The notes beneath the pieces are model-generated. The model had not been told where the DNA came from, ran no database searches, and saw only the letters and a program-made list of their open reading frames with translations. Below, in pieces: positions 20,836-33,993 of a DNA stretch of 64,000 bases. The position numbers and the translations under genes were made by a program. The DNA is from Rhynchopus sp. YZ270_cl-10. Its lineage: Eukaryota. The stretch spans positions 930,001-994,000 of the forward strand of contig OZ037833.1 in assembly GCA_964035575.1 (NCBI GenBank), written 5' to 3'. Within the stretch, counting starts at the first letter, position 1. Each line of letters opens with the position of its first letter.

Positions 20836-23284
20836 TTTAGTGTAGTGGAATGGGGTGTGTGGGGGACTGTGGAGGTTAAAATGCTGGTGATATCTCGAAG
20901 GGTGCTCGCGTTGTGCAGACAATCGTCCTAAAGATACCTAGGCTCAATGTAAGGCTAAAGCCTTGTTTGTGTACGGAAGGTTCCTTCAAAACTGTGTTAA
21001 TTTTTCCTTCAAAACTTTATATCGGCTTTGGTTTTTTGGGGAGACACACAATATGCCAGGTTCTATGATATGCACGGAACCACCCTGCACCCTGTTTTCC
21101 CGAGGATATCATGCACAATATGCTGGAGTACAGTAGGCATATTCTCAAAAAGCTGTGGGGGGCTGTAAAAAGTGAAGTTGACAGTGCTAAATGCCTCGGG
21201 GACGCAGGCACTGACACTCCCGCGGGCTATCGAACCCCCGGAGTGTTGCGCTTGGGAAACTGTAAGCAGGTGCACTAACAATGAAAGAGGGGGGGGAATC
21301 GTTTTTTTTTTGAAAACTTGGTTGTTTTAGTGTAGACACCCGAAGATGAACTCCACTATATTTTTTTTTTTTAAATTCTCACCCTCCCCTCACCCTGCTT
21401 TTTTTTTGTCTCGTGTTGGCTGTTTTTCATTAGAGTAAATTAGTTTCACATACCTTCACATCAAAGAAGAGAAAGTACAAAAAGGACGTTCATATGCAGA
21501 TAGAATAAAGCAAAACTCCTTTTTTTAGAAAAATGGGGTTTTTTTGTTGTTACAATACTCCAAATGTGTTTGGCGTCCAAAAAAAAAGTCGCCAAAATTG
21601 CCCCAAAAATCCCCAAATTCGCCAAACTTATTTGGACGCCGTTCTTTGGAGTACTGGATACCTTATGGTTTTACATGCTTTTTTTGTGTCTGTTTTTTTT
21701 TATAAGAAAATGTTAAATTCCAACAACTACACTAAAAGGTATGTTTCATAAAGATCGCAATCTAGATGGAAAGACTGCTGACGCGTTGAGGCATGCTGTC
21801 GTGTCTCGCGATACACTTATATGCCAGACAGTTGTCTCCTTCATACTTTCTCATTTTTTTTCTCGTTTGCTGTTAATTTTTTTTGTTCGATTTCTCTGTT
21901 TCGTTCTGTACCCCCCTATAGTATTCTCGTACCAATCAGACACCTAAATCCCTAAAAAGAAAAATCTATCGTTTCTTAAAAATCCTCAAAAAGGAAAACA
22001 AGAAAAAAACCCCCCAAAAAGGAAAAGAAAGTAGACTTGAAAATACAAAGCCCTCTCGTGAAACAGTGTACCTTTGGTAATCGGGTGCATCGGGGGAGTG
22101 GACACCCAACCCATGCAGACCTACAATCCATTTCGTGGTTTACATCTGAAGAAAAGTTTGTAAGATGACCTTAAGCCTCTTGATTAGTCACCTCAAAAAG
22201 GGAAAAGACTCTGAAGCTCTGAAGAATGGGGAAATTTTTCTTTTTTTTTTGAAAGATCAATGAATGTGTCTTCTCTCGTGTACACTCGTCTCAAAGTAAA
22301 GTTGATGCACAGCAACACCTCGCAGGGTACATGACACTCCGTGGGTTAATCGGCAAAAAATATCGAAACAAAAAATCCCCCTCTGGTACGAAAAACGAGA
22401 AGGGGGTGTATAAAACTAAAATCCTCGTTTCGCTGTCTCTCGGCAGACAACCAAAACAGAGTATTTTTTTTTTTTTGTGTTTTTTTTTTTTTTCAGCTCG
22501 GCAAAACGCACCACACCATACCACCCACCCGAAAAGAAAAAAAAACAAAGAAATCCAATCTGTCTGGGGGGGAAATGTGGAGGGGGGAAGTAATCTACTT
22601 GCTTTACGGGCTTAGGATAGGACCCTGGACGATTCAGAGAGGAAGAAAGTTTATAAGGATGAACCTAAGCCTCTCGTGCTTAGTATCCTTATACTGACCC
22701 AGAGAGAAGTTGAACAGTGCAAATGCTTCACCGTACACAGTACATAGGCGGACGCAGGACGCTGAACAAATGGCACTGGTGTAGGAGATGGGATGGAAAG
22801 TACTCCCCTTTTTTTTTTTTTTTTTTTGTGATAAAAATGCTGCAAACTCTCTCAGATCAGAAGCCTTTTCTTGAGAGAGTGCTTTTTTTTCTGAAGACTG
22901 CATCTGGAAGCTGCACTAAATCAACAGCCAATATCATTAAAAAAAAAAACGGTATTTTTTCCCCTCCAGTTTGTGTACCAATTTACTTTTTTTCCAAAAA
23001 AAATAAAACAACAAAAGAAATCGTTGGAAGTACCCCAACCCCCCCCCTTTCCCACCCAGGAATGTCCCTAATTAATTATGTTTTTTGTTTGTGTTGCAAT
23101 CCCCTCTCCCTTTTTCGTTCTCAAAAAAAAAGAAAAACGTATCCCCGTTTTTTTCCCTTAATTTTTTCACTCCTTCTTATTTCAACTCCCTCGTTGATTT
23201 GTTTCAGGAGGGGGTGTTGGTTGTTAACGTTATTTAGGTTTTTGGTTTGTTTGTTTTTTTTACAGAGAAAGAAAAAGAAAGAAA

Positions 23285-23325
23285 GGTTTATAAGATGAAC
23301 CTAAGCCTCTCTTGCTTAGTCACCT
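23285..23325. repeat. Dispersed family B, representative copy
   Basis: Consensus AAGTTTATAAGATGAACCTAAGCCTCTCGTGCTTAGTCACCTT. About 12 copies plus stem variants. Confidence 0.85.
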
Positions 23326-23439
23326 TTTAAAAAAGGTTGGCAAATATCAAAAAACCAAATCTCTCGTTTGCTTCATCTTCAACAGCAGAGATTTTAATGG
23401 ATATTTTTGTTAGATGCAAAATTGAACTCAATAACGTCT

Positions 23440-26400
23440 TCACCCAGTCTCAAAGAACTGCTTGAGAACAGCGTGTACGGCGGTCTCAACTTCAGAGGTG
23501 GGGGTCTTGATGGTCACGCGGGCAGCCTTAGCCTGTAAGGGTGTGTTGTATTGAGAAACTACCCAACCCCCAAAGGAGTTCTGACCACCCAAAATGCCAC
23601 CTTTTAAAAGAATTGAAATACAAAAGCCCTCTTCGTGAACAGTGTACCTTTTGGTACTATGACCTGGCTGTACCGTGGGGGTGGACACCTAAACCATTGC
23701 AGTCCTGCATTTCGTGGTTTACATCTGATATTTTGGCCAAGAAGGTGCACAAAATGCACAATCCCTGACATTGCGGCAATCATATGCCATACAGCATAGC
23801 CTCTCTAGGGTGTAATGCTTTTTAAAAAGAGAAGTTAAGGTTGATAGTGCAAAACGGCCTCTGGGATGTAGTGTCACTGACACACCGCTATCGAACCCCT
23901 TGGAGGTTAGAAAAGTAAAGAAAGGCATACCCCTGGGTTCGTCTCGATGTTCACAAGCACGACGAAGCCTGCCTTTGGCTCGGGGGCGGTGGACCACTCG
24001 ACCGGGGTGAAGTACGCACACCCAACCATGTTGTTCTGGTTGTTGTCGACGGCACGCAACACCTTCATCTTGAGTGTAGTGCTGAGCATGGTCTCGATAG
24101 CATCCAGGTGGATGTCACGTTGCGAGTGGTAGATCTGGGGGGTGGTTGTGGTAAAAAAAAAAACAAAGAAAAGGTTGTAGATGATCCTAAGCCTCGTCAC
24201 CTAAAAACAAAACCCAAAAAAAATGTAAGCTGCAATGTGACTATGTATCTAGATGGAGGTGACGCAGGAGCCGGAGCACACCCAGTTCCAGGAAGTAAAG
24301 CAGGAAACCCAAGACTCGGACGACTGCGACAATGAACTAAAAAAAAAAACCCTCAAGGTGAATAAGAGCCCCGTGTTGCATTTTATCAAAGGAAACATAC
24401 CGCGCTCGCTGGAGGGTTGGTCGGACACACCGTTGCCTGCCACGCTTGGAAGAACTGCGGTGCTGCCTGTGGGGGGGGGTGGTGGTTTAAGAAATCTTTG
24501 GTCAAAATGAAGCCCTTATTTCCTTCTTAGCTGTCTCAGATATAAGGGAGGAAGACTGGTACGATCCGCCTCTTCTTTTCGCCACCTTTAAACAAGAAAA
24601 GCGAATTCTAGCCAAAAGCGTGTTGACAGTGTGTGTGATGTTGACAGTTTTTAAAACCCCCAGGAGTGTGTTGCCTGCAAATGAAATAAGAGGCAACACA
24701 GCCACAGCAAATGAAGTACATACCCCCAGGTTCAAGGACTCCATGAACTTAGTCGCAACGACAGGAAGGGGCACCTGCAGGGTCATCGAGAAGTTGCTTC
24801 CCCTGTAAGTGGTGTGGTGTGGTGTGAATTAAAAAGGGGGAGGTGAGGTGGCGGCTGCGTGCAGAGCTTCAGGAAGTACATTGCGCAGGTCAAATCATGT
24901 CTAGGGCATGTTCGTCGCAGTTGCAATCAAAAAGAAAGACAAAACAAGTAATTGTCATCGGGGAAAAAAAAAAACCACCCCGTTGTTTGTTCCTTACCAA
25001 TTATGTATTGGGTTAACTTCTCTAATACACAACTCTACCCATTTTCAAAAATGGCTATCGTCTTTTTCTTGGGTATTTGGGTACCCAAAACTGGGTTGGG
25101 CCCAGGTATCCAAGTATCCAGGTATCCAGGGAAGGTGGGGGGGAAAAAAACAAAAAGTTGCACATACGTAAGTGTGACGGTCATGCTGGGATTGCCCTGG
25201 AAGAACGCTGTGCACTTCAGAACCAGGACCAAAGGCACCTGCTGTCCGTTCACAATCTGCAAAAAAGGAGAGTGAGAGGCATGTGTGGGCATCCCACTAT
25301 TTTGGCCAAATTTTGGGTCGGGCAGCCCAAAAATACGAAGGATTTTTTTACGTTCTAAAAATCATGAAAGGCGGGTGGAGGGTGAACCACAAGCCGTACA
25401 GGCAGCCTTATCAGTAACCTCAGCACATTCATAAGAAACGGCGACATGGCACCCAAAGGCTCCTGACAAAGCCACGGCACACAACATTCTAATTAAAAAA
25501 AAAATTCCCCGCTCATTTCCCCCCAACAAAAACATACCGATGAAGGGAAGGGCTGCTGCTGGATGTCCAATCCTGCGAAGGGTGCGACTGTCACTGTTGC
25601 GTTGTTAAGCGTCTCCTGCGTTTTGTTGCCAAAGAAGATCATAAGGCGCCCATCTGGGCCACGGTACTCACTGCGCACACCGAGCTGCAGCTTCTCATCC
25701 TCGTAGAGCACGCCTTGCGCCGTACGCATCAGGAGAGGCAGGTTCTCTGACTGCATCTTCGCCACTGCGGCAGGGTCTGCCCACGGTGCACCACCCCCTG
25801 CAACCGGAGTTTGACTAGGTGCTGGAGTAGCAGAAGGCAGACCACCAAAGGGGTCCAACACAGCCTGTGGCGGTGCTGCATTTTGTGTGGAGACGGGGAC
25901 AGGGGTAGGAGCAGCGGTAGCGGCGGGAGCAGGGGCGCCAAAGATATCATCCAGGCCTCCTACCGCAGGGGCAGGTGTCGGGGTTGGTGTAGGGGCTGGC
26001 GTCGCTGCACCGCCAAAGAAAGGATCCACCGCGGCCGGTGTGGGTGTCGGTGTGGCTGCTGCAGGGGTGGGTGCCGGGACTGGGTCGCCAAAGATGTCGT
26101 CCAGAAGGTTGACAGAGGACGGCGCTGCCGCCTCTGCTGTCTGTGTAGGTTGCCCAGCGAAGGGGTCTTCGAGGCCGGAGGAGGAAACGACTTCTTTTCC
26201 TCTGTTCGGGAACATCGCCCCCAGCTCTGCGGTGCGTTCGGCCACCTTCGCGTCGAGGTCTTCCACAGCAGAGTCAAGAATGTGCTCGGAGCAGCCCTGG
26301 AGGCCAAGGAGGTTGGTGTCCGAGAGCGGTTCCTGCATCTGCGTGAAGACGTGCTGTCGCCAGAGGGAGACGGTGTGGCTGCCGATGGAGAACATGATTT

Positions 26401-28636
26401 GGTCGGAGTGGCAGGGTGGTGTGCTGAGCTGCCCTTCGTGGGAGGCGCAGACAGCGGCAGAGGCGAGGAAGGCTTCCCAGGGTTGGTTTGCGTCTGCGTC
26501 CCAGACGTTGAGGTGGTTCTGTGCAATGCGCTGTTGGATGCCTTGTTTGAGCAGCGCCTTTGCGTCCTGTGTGAAGACGCCTGCCTTAGCATGTGCCCTC
26601 CAGTTGTCCAGTGCCTGGGCCGTCATCTGTCCCTTCGCTGCATCCTCAGTCTTGCGGACGATTTGGCTTTCCCGTTCCCGCTCCTCTTGTTTCGCCTGCC
26701 AGACGTTGCTGTCCGTCGTGTCGCCGCCCTTCTTAATGACACTCTGGTGTACCTTGCTCTGTTCCACCTCAAAGGCCGGCATGTTTTCGAACACTTTCTG
26801 CAATTTCTCCTCCGGCAGGATGCTGCCGTTGCACAAATGGGAGTACTCCATGCTCCGCTGTTGGATCTCAACGTCCATGTGTGTCGAGTTTTCGGAGAAC
26901 ACCTTCAACACCTTCTCGCGCAGCTGTGCGTTCTCTGGGTACTGTGTGTACAGCTTGGCGTAGCAGCTGAGCAGAAGACTCTTGGTTTCAGCACTGACCA
27001 GTCCCCATTTGCCGTGAAGTGCTTGGAACTGTGCCCATGCGTTGGATTCCTGCACGTCAGGAAGGAAGCTGCCGAATTCGCCGAGAATGTGGGTCGCAAC
27101 CTTGACAGACACTTCGTGCGCAGTGGGGGGGATGACTGCGGTGAAGACGGTGCGTGCGGCGTGCTTCTGGATGTCCACATGGTTGGTCACGATGTGCACG
27201 ACACGCATCCAGACATCGGGGCTCACAAAATCCCCTGCCTGGCTAATGATGTTCATGATGACGTCGACGTACCAGCTGTAGTCAGACGCATATTTCTCGC
27301 ACAGAATCGCGATTTTCACGACCAAATCCTCCTTAATAGCGTACTCTGCGGTGCTCAGGTAGTCCAACATCTCACCCACAATCTCCCCCGCATTGCTTTT
27401 GTCGACCATCACGTAGAGCAGATCTAAGGCCTTCCTTCTGATCGAGATGTCCGCATCCCTCAGGGCAGACACAATCGTGGTCTGATGCTTTTTGACGTGC
27501 TCATTGAAAACCTCTGGGCAGAAGGAGAGACGCACCATCAAATCAAGCCCAAGGTAGCGCAGGTTAGTATCCTTCGTGTCGGTGATGAATCTTCCAAGGA
27601 TGCCAGCACTCATGTTGAGGAGGGAGCGATCTTTGTCCCAATGGATGACCAGGTTTATCGCCTCTGCGAGCACCGCGTTCATAGCATTGTTGCGTGCCGG
27701 CGTACCACGGCTCTTTTGGTGGGTATGTTCACGCATGACACGCTCCGAGGTTGTAATGATCTTATCAAGCACAGAAGTAATCTGGTTTTTGAGCGACCCT
27801 TCCGTTGGCATAGGGAAATGCTGCAATACCCGGAAACACTTCACCTGCAACCACGGCGCAGGCACCGTATAATAAATATACTCATGAGAGGTCTCCTTTG
27901 AAATGATCAATCTATACAGAAGACGCACGACACGTGGCACCACTCCTGCAAATGGTTCCGTCGTTTTCCCTAAGAACCCTAATACCAAAGAAAGAGTCGA
28001 ATTTACAACAGACAACGTGGTCTTCAATGGGTTCAAATCTTCAATAAGGGTTGGCGCAATCTCCTCAGCCTCCACCTTTTCTGGAGAAGAACGGTACAGA
28101 CGGAGGAGTGTCATAAGGGCCTTCTTTTTGACCAAATTTGTTGTTGTCTGAGACAACGAAATGCGGCGAACGTCGTCAGCCATGGAATCCGCAAAGTCTT
28201 TTCCTCCAATGTTCGCAAGCGCTGTGAGCGCGAGGCACTGCGCAAATTCACGGTCCTTCGTTATCGCGCCGGATGGGTTGCGCCCTCCGTTGAGGTCCTG
28301 CTTTATGGAGTGTGTAATGAGCGTGAGAAGGTCGTCTTGTTCATTGAGGAAGAGCGTGCATGCAAGGTAGCCAATGTGTTTTTCTGAGTATTTGTCAGAT
28401 GAAAGGAGTTGGACCCCTTCCATTTGTCCGAAGTCCACTTCGTATCCCAGCATATAAACATAGAGCAGCTTGCAAACGTTCTTCTTCCTGTCGTAGCCCT
28501 TCATGTTTTTTGTCTCCTTAAACTTCTGTCTCACCTTGTGGAGCTCCCGGTCAATGATCTTTTGTTCCTCCTCCTTTGATTGTGCAGACGCCTTCCGGAT
28601 CTCCCCGATCACCTTGCTTAACCCTCGCATCTCCAT
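23440..28636 (-). CDS. AP2A: AP-2 complex subunit alpha (alpha-adaptin), 6 exons, ~1209 aa
   Basis: N-terminus MEMRGLSKVIGEIRK...CKLLYVYMLGYEVDFG, PAPWLQVK and NLRYLGL. Ear domain GVLYEDEKLQLG...FFGNKT. Exons 28636-25538, 25256-25168, 24802-24724, 24466-24401, 24134-23931 and 23532-23440, all GTATGY..CAG and phase-consistent. Confidence 0.93.
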
Positions 28637-30489
28637 TTTTCAAATCCTTTTCTACCCCAATAGGGTAGATGCACAAAGGAGAAAAAAAGGGGGCGTACTG
28701 TGGGGGTTGTGGGGGTGGGGGTTGTGTTGATAAATAAATAATTTTTTTTTTTTGAATAGATAAAAAGCAATAAATTACTTTTTATTTAAAACAAAAGGCA
28801 CTCCGGGCGTACTGGGGGTAGGGTTGTGTTGATAAAACGCGTGGAATTAGCCGGAATCACATAAAATCAGTCAAAAAAAAAAATGTGATATTGTCCTGTC
28901 TTGGAAACATCCGTTGGAAACTCCGTCACGCAAAGGGCGAGGAATAATTCACATAAATCCTGCATATTTGGTAGGTGTTTTGGGGACTGGCTGGGGTCAG
29001 GAGTCCCTCATTTCCCCTCCCTTTAGCAAAAGCCCAAACCACGGCCAAAAAATAAAAAAAATCCAGACCCCCAAAATAGCAGAAATTGCAGAAAATAGCA
29101 CCCCCCTTCAGCCACACCAATAAAGCAGCTGAAGGGGGGGGGCAAGAATGTCATTGAGAATATGGGCATTTTTTGGATCTCGTGGTTGTGGGAGGAAAAA
29201 AAAGGAATCAGCTATGTGGCCAGGGATAACGTCTTCATCAGCGGTTCGTAAAGAAATAGAAACTTAAAGAAAATTGGGGATGGGGGATCAAATATTTATC
29301 TTGTGTTGCAGCCCTCCTCTGAAAGGGGGGTGTTGTGATCAATGGGGGGGCTACCCTCGAGGAATTTCTGTACAATGAAAAATTTGTTTGATTGTAAGCC
29401 TACTATCACTGGATAGCAGACACATCTGTACAATAAAAAGACAAAAATTTTAAAAAGATGAAACCATGCCTTTTCTGAAGCCTTGAAGAAGAAGAGCACC
29501 TCCGGAGCCATCCGGATGAACAGCAGAAGACAAAAAAAAAAAGATCAATCAACACTAAAAAAATAATGTTGGACAAAAAAAAGAGGCAGTCAAAAAGAGG
29601 GGGTGTGTGATAGCTTGCAGCTCATATCCTTCCTCTCTCACGTACCCACATCCATTTCGTGGTTTACAAAGAAAGCTTTAAAAAGGGGGCATAAAAGGCG
29701 TCAGGCATATTTCCAAAAGGGGGAGAGCGAGAGGAGGTGAGGGTTAGGGCTTACAAAAAAAAAACATGAGAGATATGACAACTTAGAGAAAAACAAAACA
29801 AAAAAGGGGCGCTTTTTTCGCCTCTCTTCCCCCCCCCCCCTTTCCCCATTAAAAAACCCGGCAAACAAAACAAAAAAAAATCGCTACACACTTTAAAAAA
29901 AAATCTAAAATATTTATTGGGGGGGGATCCAGGAGTTTCCTTGGTTTCCATACTTTCTATATGGGTGTAGAGGACGGTCCTGTTGGGGAGGGAATTACAA
30001 AAAAAAAAACGACATTTTTTTTTTTTTGACAAAAGTGAATTTGGGTGGTGTGTGCAGAAACGTCAGAAGCAGCCTGCTACTACGCGAAACACCAACAATA
30101 GAAAAGAAAACACCTCTCAGAGTGGGGGATTGTAGAATAAAAGAAAAGAAAAGGTTAATAAGATGACCCTAAGCCTCTCTGTGCTTAGTCTGATTAGAGT
30201 ACTTAATGTTTTGAACATTGGTTGTTCATCAATCTTTCTCTCGTGCTTAGTCACCTTATCATATTCGCTATCGCAGAGCAACAGCTGCGCTGGGTTCCTA
30301 GTAGAAAATAGAAACTTATCACTCATCACACGATGAAACCCATGGGAGAGGTTGTAGTGAAACACACACACCTCGACCTGTTTGGTGAGGAGTGGCTCTG
30401 CAGCGCGGTTCGTCCCTAGAACCGCAAAAGTGTGTTCAAAGTGCGCTGTTTCTATTTCCTCCTTCATTTCATGAGGTGACAAAAGTTAA

Positions 30490-30600
30490 CTTGAAATACA
30501 AAGCCCTCTCGTGAACAGTGTACTTTGGTACAATAACCGGTTTATACCGTGGGTGGACACCCAACACATGCAGTCCTACATTTCGTGGTTTACATCTGAA
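30490..30600. repeat. Dispersed family C, representative copy
   Basis: TTGAAATACAAAGCCCTCTCGTGAACAGTGTAC...GGGTGGACACCCAAC...TTTCGTGGTTTACATCTG. Also near 22037, 23613, 32558 and 35395. Confidence 0.85.
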
Positions 30601-32994
30601 AGAAACCAAATTTCTTTTTAAAACAAAACACTCCATATCCAAAACAGGGGGGATGTCTGGTGGGGGGAGCTGCCCTTGGGAGGGGTCAAAATATGTATAA
30701 AAAGTGAATACCCTTTTGACCCCTTGAGGGGGCTATTAGCATAGAGGAAAGGTCTAAGAAGAGAAAAGTTGACAAAGTGAATCAAAATAAAAATAAACGG
30801 CTCGCCGTACATCGGGACGGAAGAAGATGAAAAAAAATATTACCTGAATATGTATTGTGTACAGCGTGCAGTGTGAAGAAATTATTTGAGAGAGACCGTT
30901 CTGTTGATGTATTTTGCTGTTTGTGACAAAAAAAAAAAAAAAAGCTCATACAAAAGGTAGGGTTCTGACTATCCAAATGGAGAGCTTTTTTTTGCTGTTT
31001 TTTGTTTTTTTTTTTTGGAAATCTTGATTTTTAAAGCGTGGATATGTGTTCAGTGAAGGGGGAAAAAAAGACCTGAGGGATGAAATAACACTTTGTGTGG
31101 GGGGAAAGCCTTACCCTAAAGATGAACGTGTCTCTCGTCTACACATATCTTTACCACGTGGCGGTATCGCGCTGGAATACGGTGGGGTTTTGAAGATGGG
31201 CTGGTTCTTCTAAGTAAACACAAAGAGGGGATTTGTAGATGTTTTTGTTTATGCTTTGTACTCTGTTGGTGCTCCGGGAGGGGTCGATATTGACAGGTCG
31301 CTGACAGAGGTCGTTGACCGACTTCCGAAAGCACCATCTTTGTTTTTGCTTTTGTGTGTGTGTGTTTTTAAAGTTTTTTTAGATCCTAAAGTAAAAAACA
31401 AAGAGGGAAGCTTGAAAGGTGCACGCCTCACCGTACACCGGTACTGGTTCTCCGCGGGTTATCGAACCCCCCAGAGAAGAGAACACTTCAACTGGTATGC
31501 ACACGGTAACAGGATTCGTACGTACCGTAATAATATGACCGTAAAAAAAGGTCGAACTTCCAGAAAAATCCTGAAAAGGTCGAACATTACGGTCGATAAT
31601 TTTTTTTTTTTACGATTACGGTACTACACAATGACAATAAAAGAGAGAGAAAAGAACAAAAAACATTAAGCACAGAACATCGGCCTCATGTTGTTTGAAG
31701 CCACCCAAAAACCCCCATCTCGGGAGTACTTTTTGTATTTTCCCTTCCATTTCATTGGATCCCCAAACGAACGATAAAACCCTTTGCTCTTCCAAAGCCT
31801 TCTCGAACAAAACAACAAACCATACAATCCCAAAGCCGAGGTTAGAACATAAGAAAAAGATTGAAAATATGAACACCGTACCGGTAACATATACTGACAG
31901 TAAAAAAGGTCAAAACTCCCCTTAAAAATCCGGAAAAGGTCTAACATTGTTACGGTCAGTATAAGTTACTGATGTCTTACGTACTTAATTCACCTGATTT
32001 TGTCTGAAAATTGGTGAAATTTACCACTAAACTCCACCAAATTTCAGGCAAAAATCAGGTGGTTAGTTAAGAATAATTTTCCTTTTCTTCAACAGTACTT
32101 CTCTCTCATGATGCACACACAACTTTATACAGACCACACAATCCCCGTCGATGAAGTAGGAGGATCCCAAAGATATAGAATGCAGTATGGCATCAGAGGC
32201 AGTTAGACTCTTCCGCAGGGTTGCTTAGCAGTCGGCGCGCATCGATCTGGACGGGAAAAGAGGTGTTGCGGTGCAGATGTGTTGTGTGATTCAAAAAAAA
32301 GGGGAAAATAATTTCATATTCTTTCCAATCAAAGAAAAGAAAGACGCGCAAAAGGCGTTCAAAAAACAGATACATCCCAAAGGGAAAGAAAAAAGGCTGA
32401 TAAAAGATAATTCTAATCCTGCTTAGGGCTTCGTCTACACAAGAGAGAGAGAGAAACTAGAGAATATCATCCGCCAACTGATTTTGACAACAATAGAAAT
32501 AACAGTGTTTTTCGTTGAACGCAGCCAAATAGGGGCAAAAACCCCAAGAAAAATTGACTTGAAATACAAAGCCCTTTCGTGACAGTGTACCTCGGTACAT
32601 GACCGGCTGTACCGTGGGGTGGACACCCAACCATGCAGTTCCACATCCATTTCGTGGGTTACATCATGATATAAAATGCATGAAATGCAGGACATACTTG
32701 CATCCTCCGATCTTTGCTGTGGTCGACCGTGCCCACGGACTGCTTCCTGCGCTGATGTGCTTCGATGCATAGCCAATCGTACGCGGGTCTGTTTTTGTTT
32801 TGAGTGTTTCTTTCCCCCTCCTCTCTCGTTTTTGCACACACAAAGTACTATAAGCAACTGTACATGATTACACAACATCAACGGCAAATTTGTCCTGCCA
32901 CCCTCCTCTGTGAACCTTCCTCCACCCAATTACAGAATACGTCAAAGAAGCCTACGTGGCTTTCTTAAAAATGGTTGCGGCCAACTAAAAAGGG

Positions 32995-33993
32995 CTAATA
33001 CGCTGTCATAATCTCTTCTAACCCCATTTCTCTCCATTTCTCTCTTTCGCTACTAACAAAGCAATTTAACGGGGCCTTTTTTCCCATACCATTCAAATCA
33101 TTGGCGGCAGAGTCAAGCACCTTGCGTGAGCTGCGGTTGTCGTCCTCAATGGTCACATCACCTCTACGTGACGGGGGTGCCGACAACGACCGCACCGCAG
33201 TGTACGGCACCACTGTCACAGCCCCCGCCTCAATCTGCCTCTGCATCCGCTGCTCCTCGAGCTGCTGCTTCTTTTTCAAAATATTTTCGTCGCCCAGCCT
33301 AGGTGACGCAGAGCGGAAGTCTGCACCCTTCTTAAACGACGACGACAACACATCAAACGCAGACCTATTGTTGTACTGCAACGGCTGAAACGTGTTGGAA
33401 TTGATACCAGCCTGCGGGTTGTCAATGTTATACCCTTCCTTATTCCTCAACATCCTTGGCCGTTTGCCGTCTCTCACCGGTCTCCTTTCCAACCACGGGC
33501 GCGACTCCATCCTCTGATGTCTCTTCTCCAACTGTCGCGCCACATCTCGGTTTTTCTCCTCTTCCAACGTTTTGTTGTATTGCTCCATTCGCTCATTGGT
33601 GCTTCTCCGTCTCTGTGTTTTCGGTTTTTCTTCTTCGGTGTTGTTGTTGGGGGGACGGCGGTTTTCTTTGTCGTCACATGGAAGAGGGGAAGGAGATGCT
33701 ACTGCACGAGGCGAAGGACGGACACTGCGGCGGGTGGTAGCGGTGGTTGTGGTGTCGGTGGTACCCCTCTCTGAAACCGGCCCAAGGTTCGCCAACCCGG
33801 AGTGATGATGACGGAACTCCTCATGGCTCTCACGGTACGCACTCATCGACCGCTGCGACAGCCCTCTCTGCGAAGGCACCCCTGTACTCAAGCTTCGCCG
33901 CCTCCTCCCCCACCCCACAAGCGAGCCACTCTCCTCCTTGTACTCTCGTCGTGCGGGGCATTTCGCATACAGGTTTGTTGTATACATACTCAT
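32995..33993 (-). CDS. Hypothetical low-complexity/disordered protein (332 aa)
   Basis: Long ORF. The first ATG is 33993 (MSMYTT), downstream of a polypyrimidine tract and AG. The ORF-track extension to 34122 runs into a repeat. R/S/E-rich with short coiled-coil-like stretches. Confidence 0.65.
   Translation of the reverse strand: MSMYTTNLYAKCPARREYKEESGSLVGWGRRRRSLSTGVPSQRGLSQRSMSAYRESHEEFRHHHSGLANLGPVSERGTTDTTTTATTRRSVRPSPRAVASPSPLPCDDKENRRPPNNNTEEEKPKTQRRRSTNERMEQYNKTLEEEKNRDVARQLEKRHQRMESRPWLERRPVRDGKRPRMLRNKEGYNIDNPQAGINSNTFQPLQYNNRSAFDVLSSSFKKGADFRSASPRLGDENILKKKQQLEEQRMQRQIEAGAVTVVPYTAVRSLSAPPSRRGDVTIEDDNRSSRKVLDSAANDLNGMGKKAPLNCFVSSEREKWREMGLEEIMTAY

Noticed and set aside
25811..27427. 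538-aa and 358-aa plus-strand ORFs
   Set aside because: Antisense shadows of AP2A.
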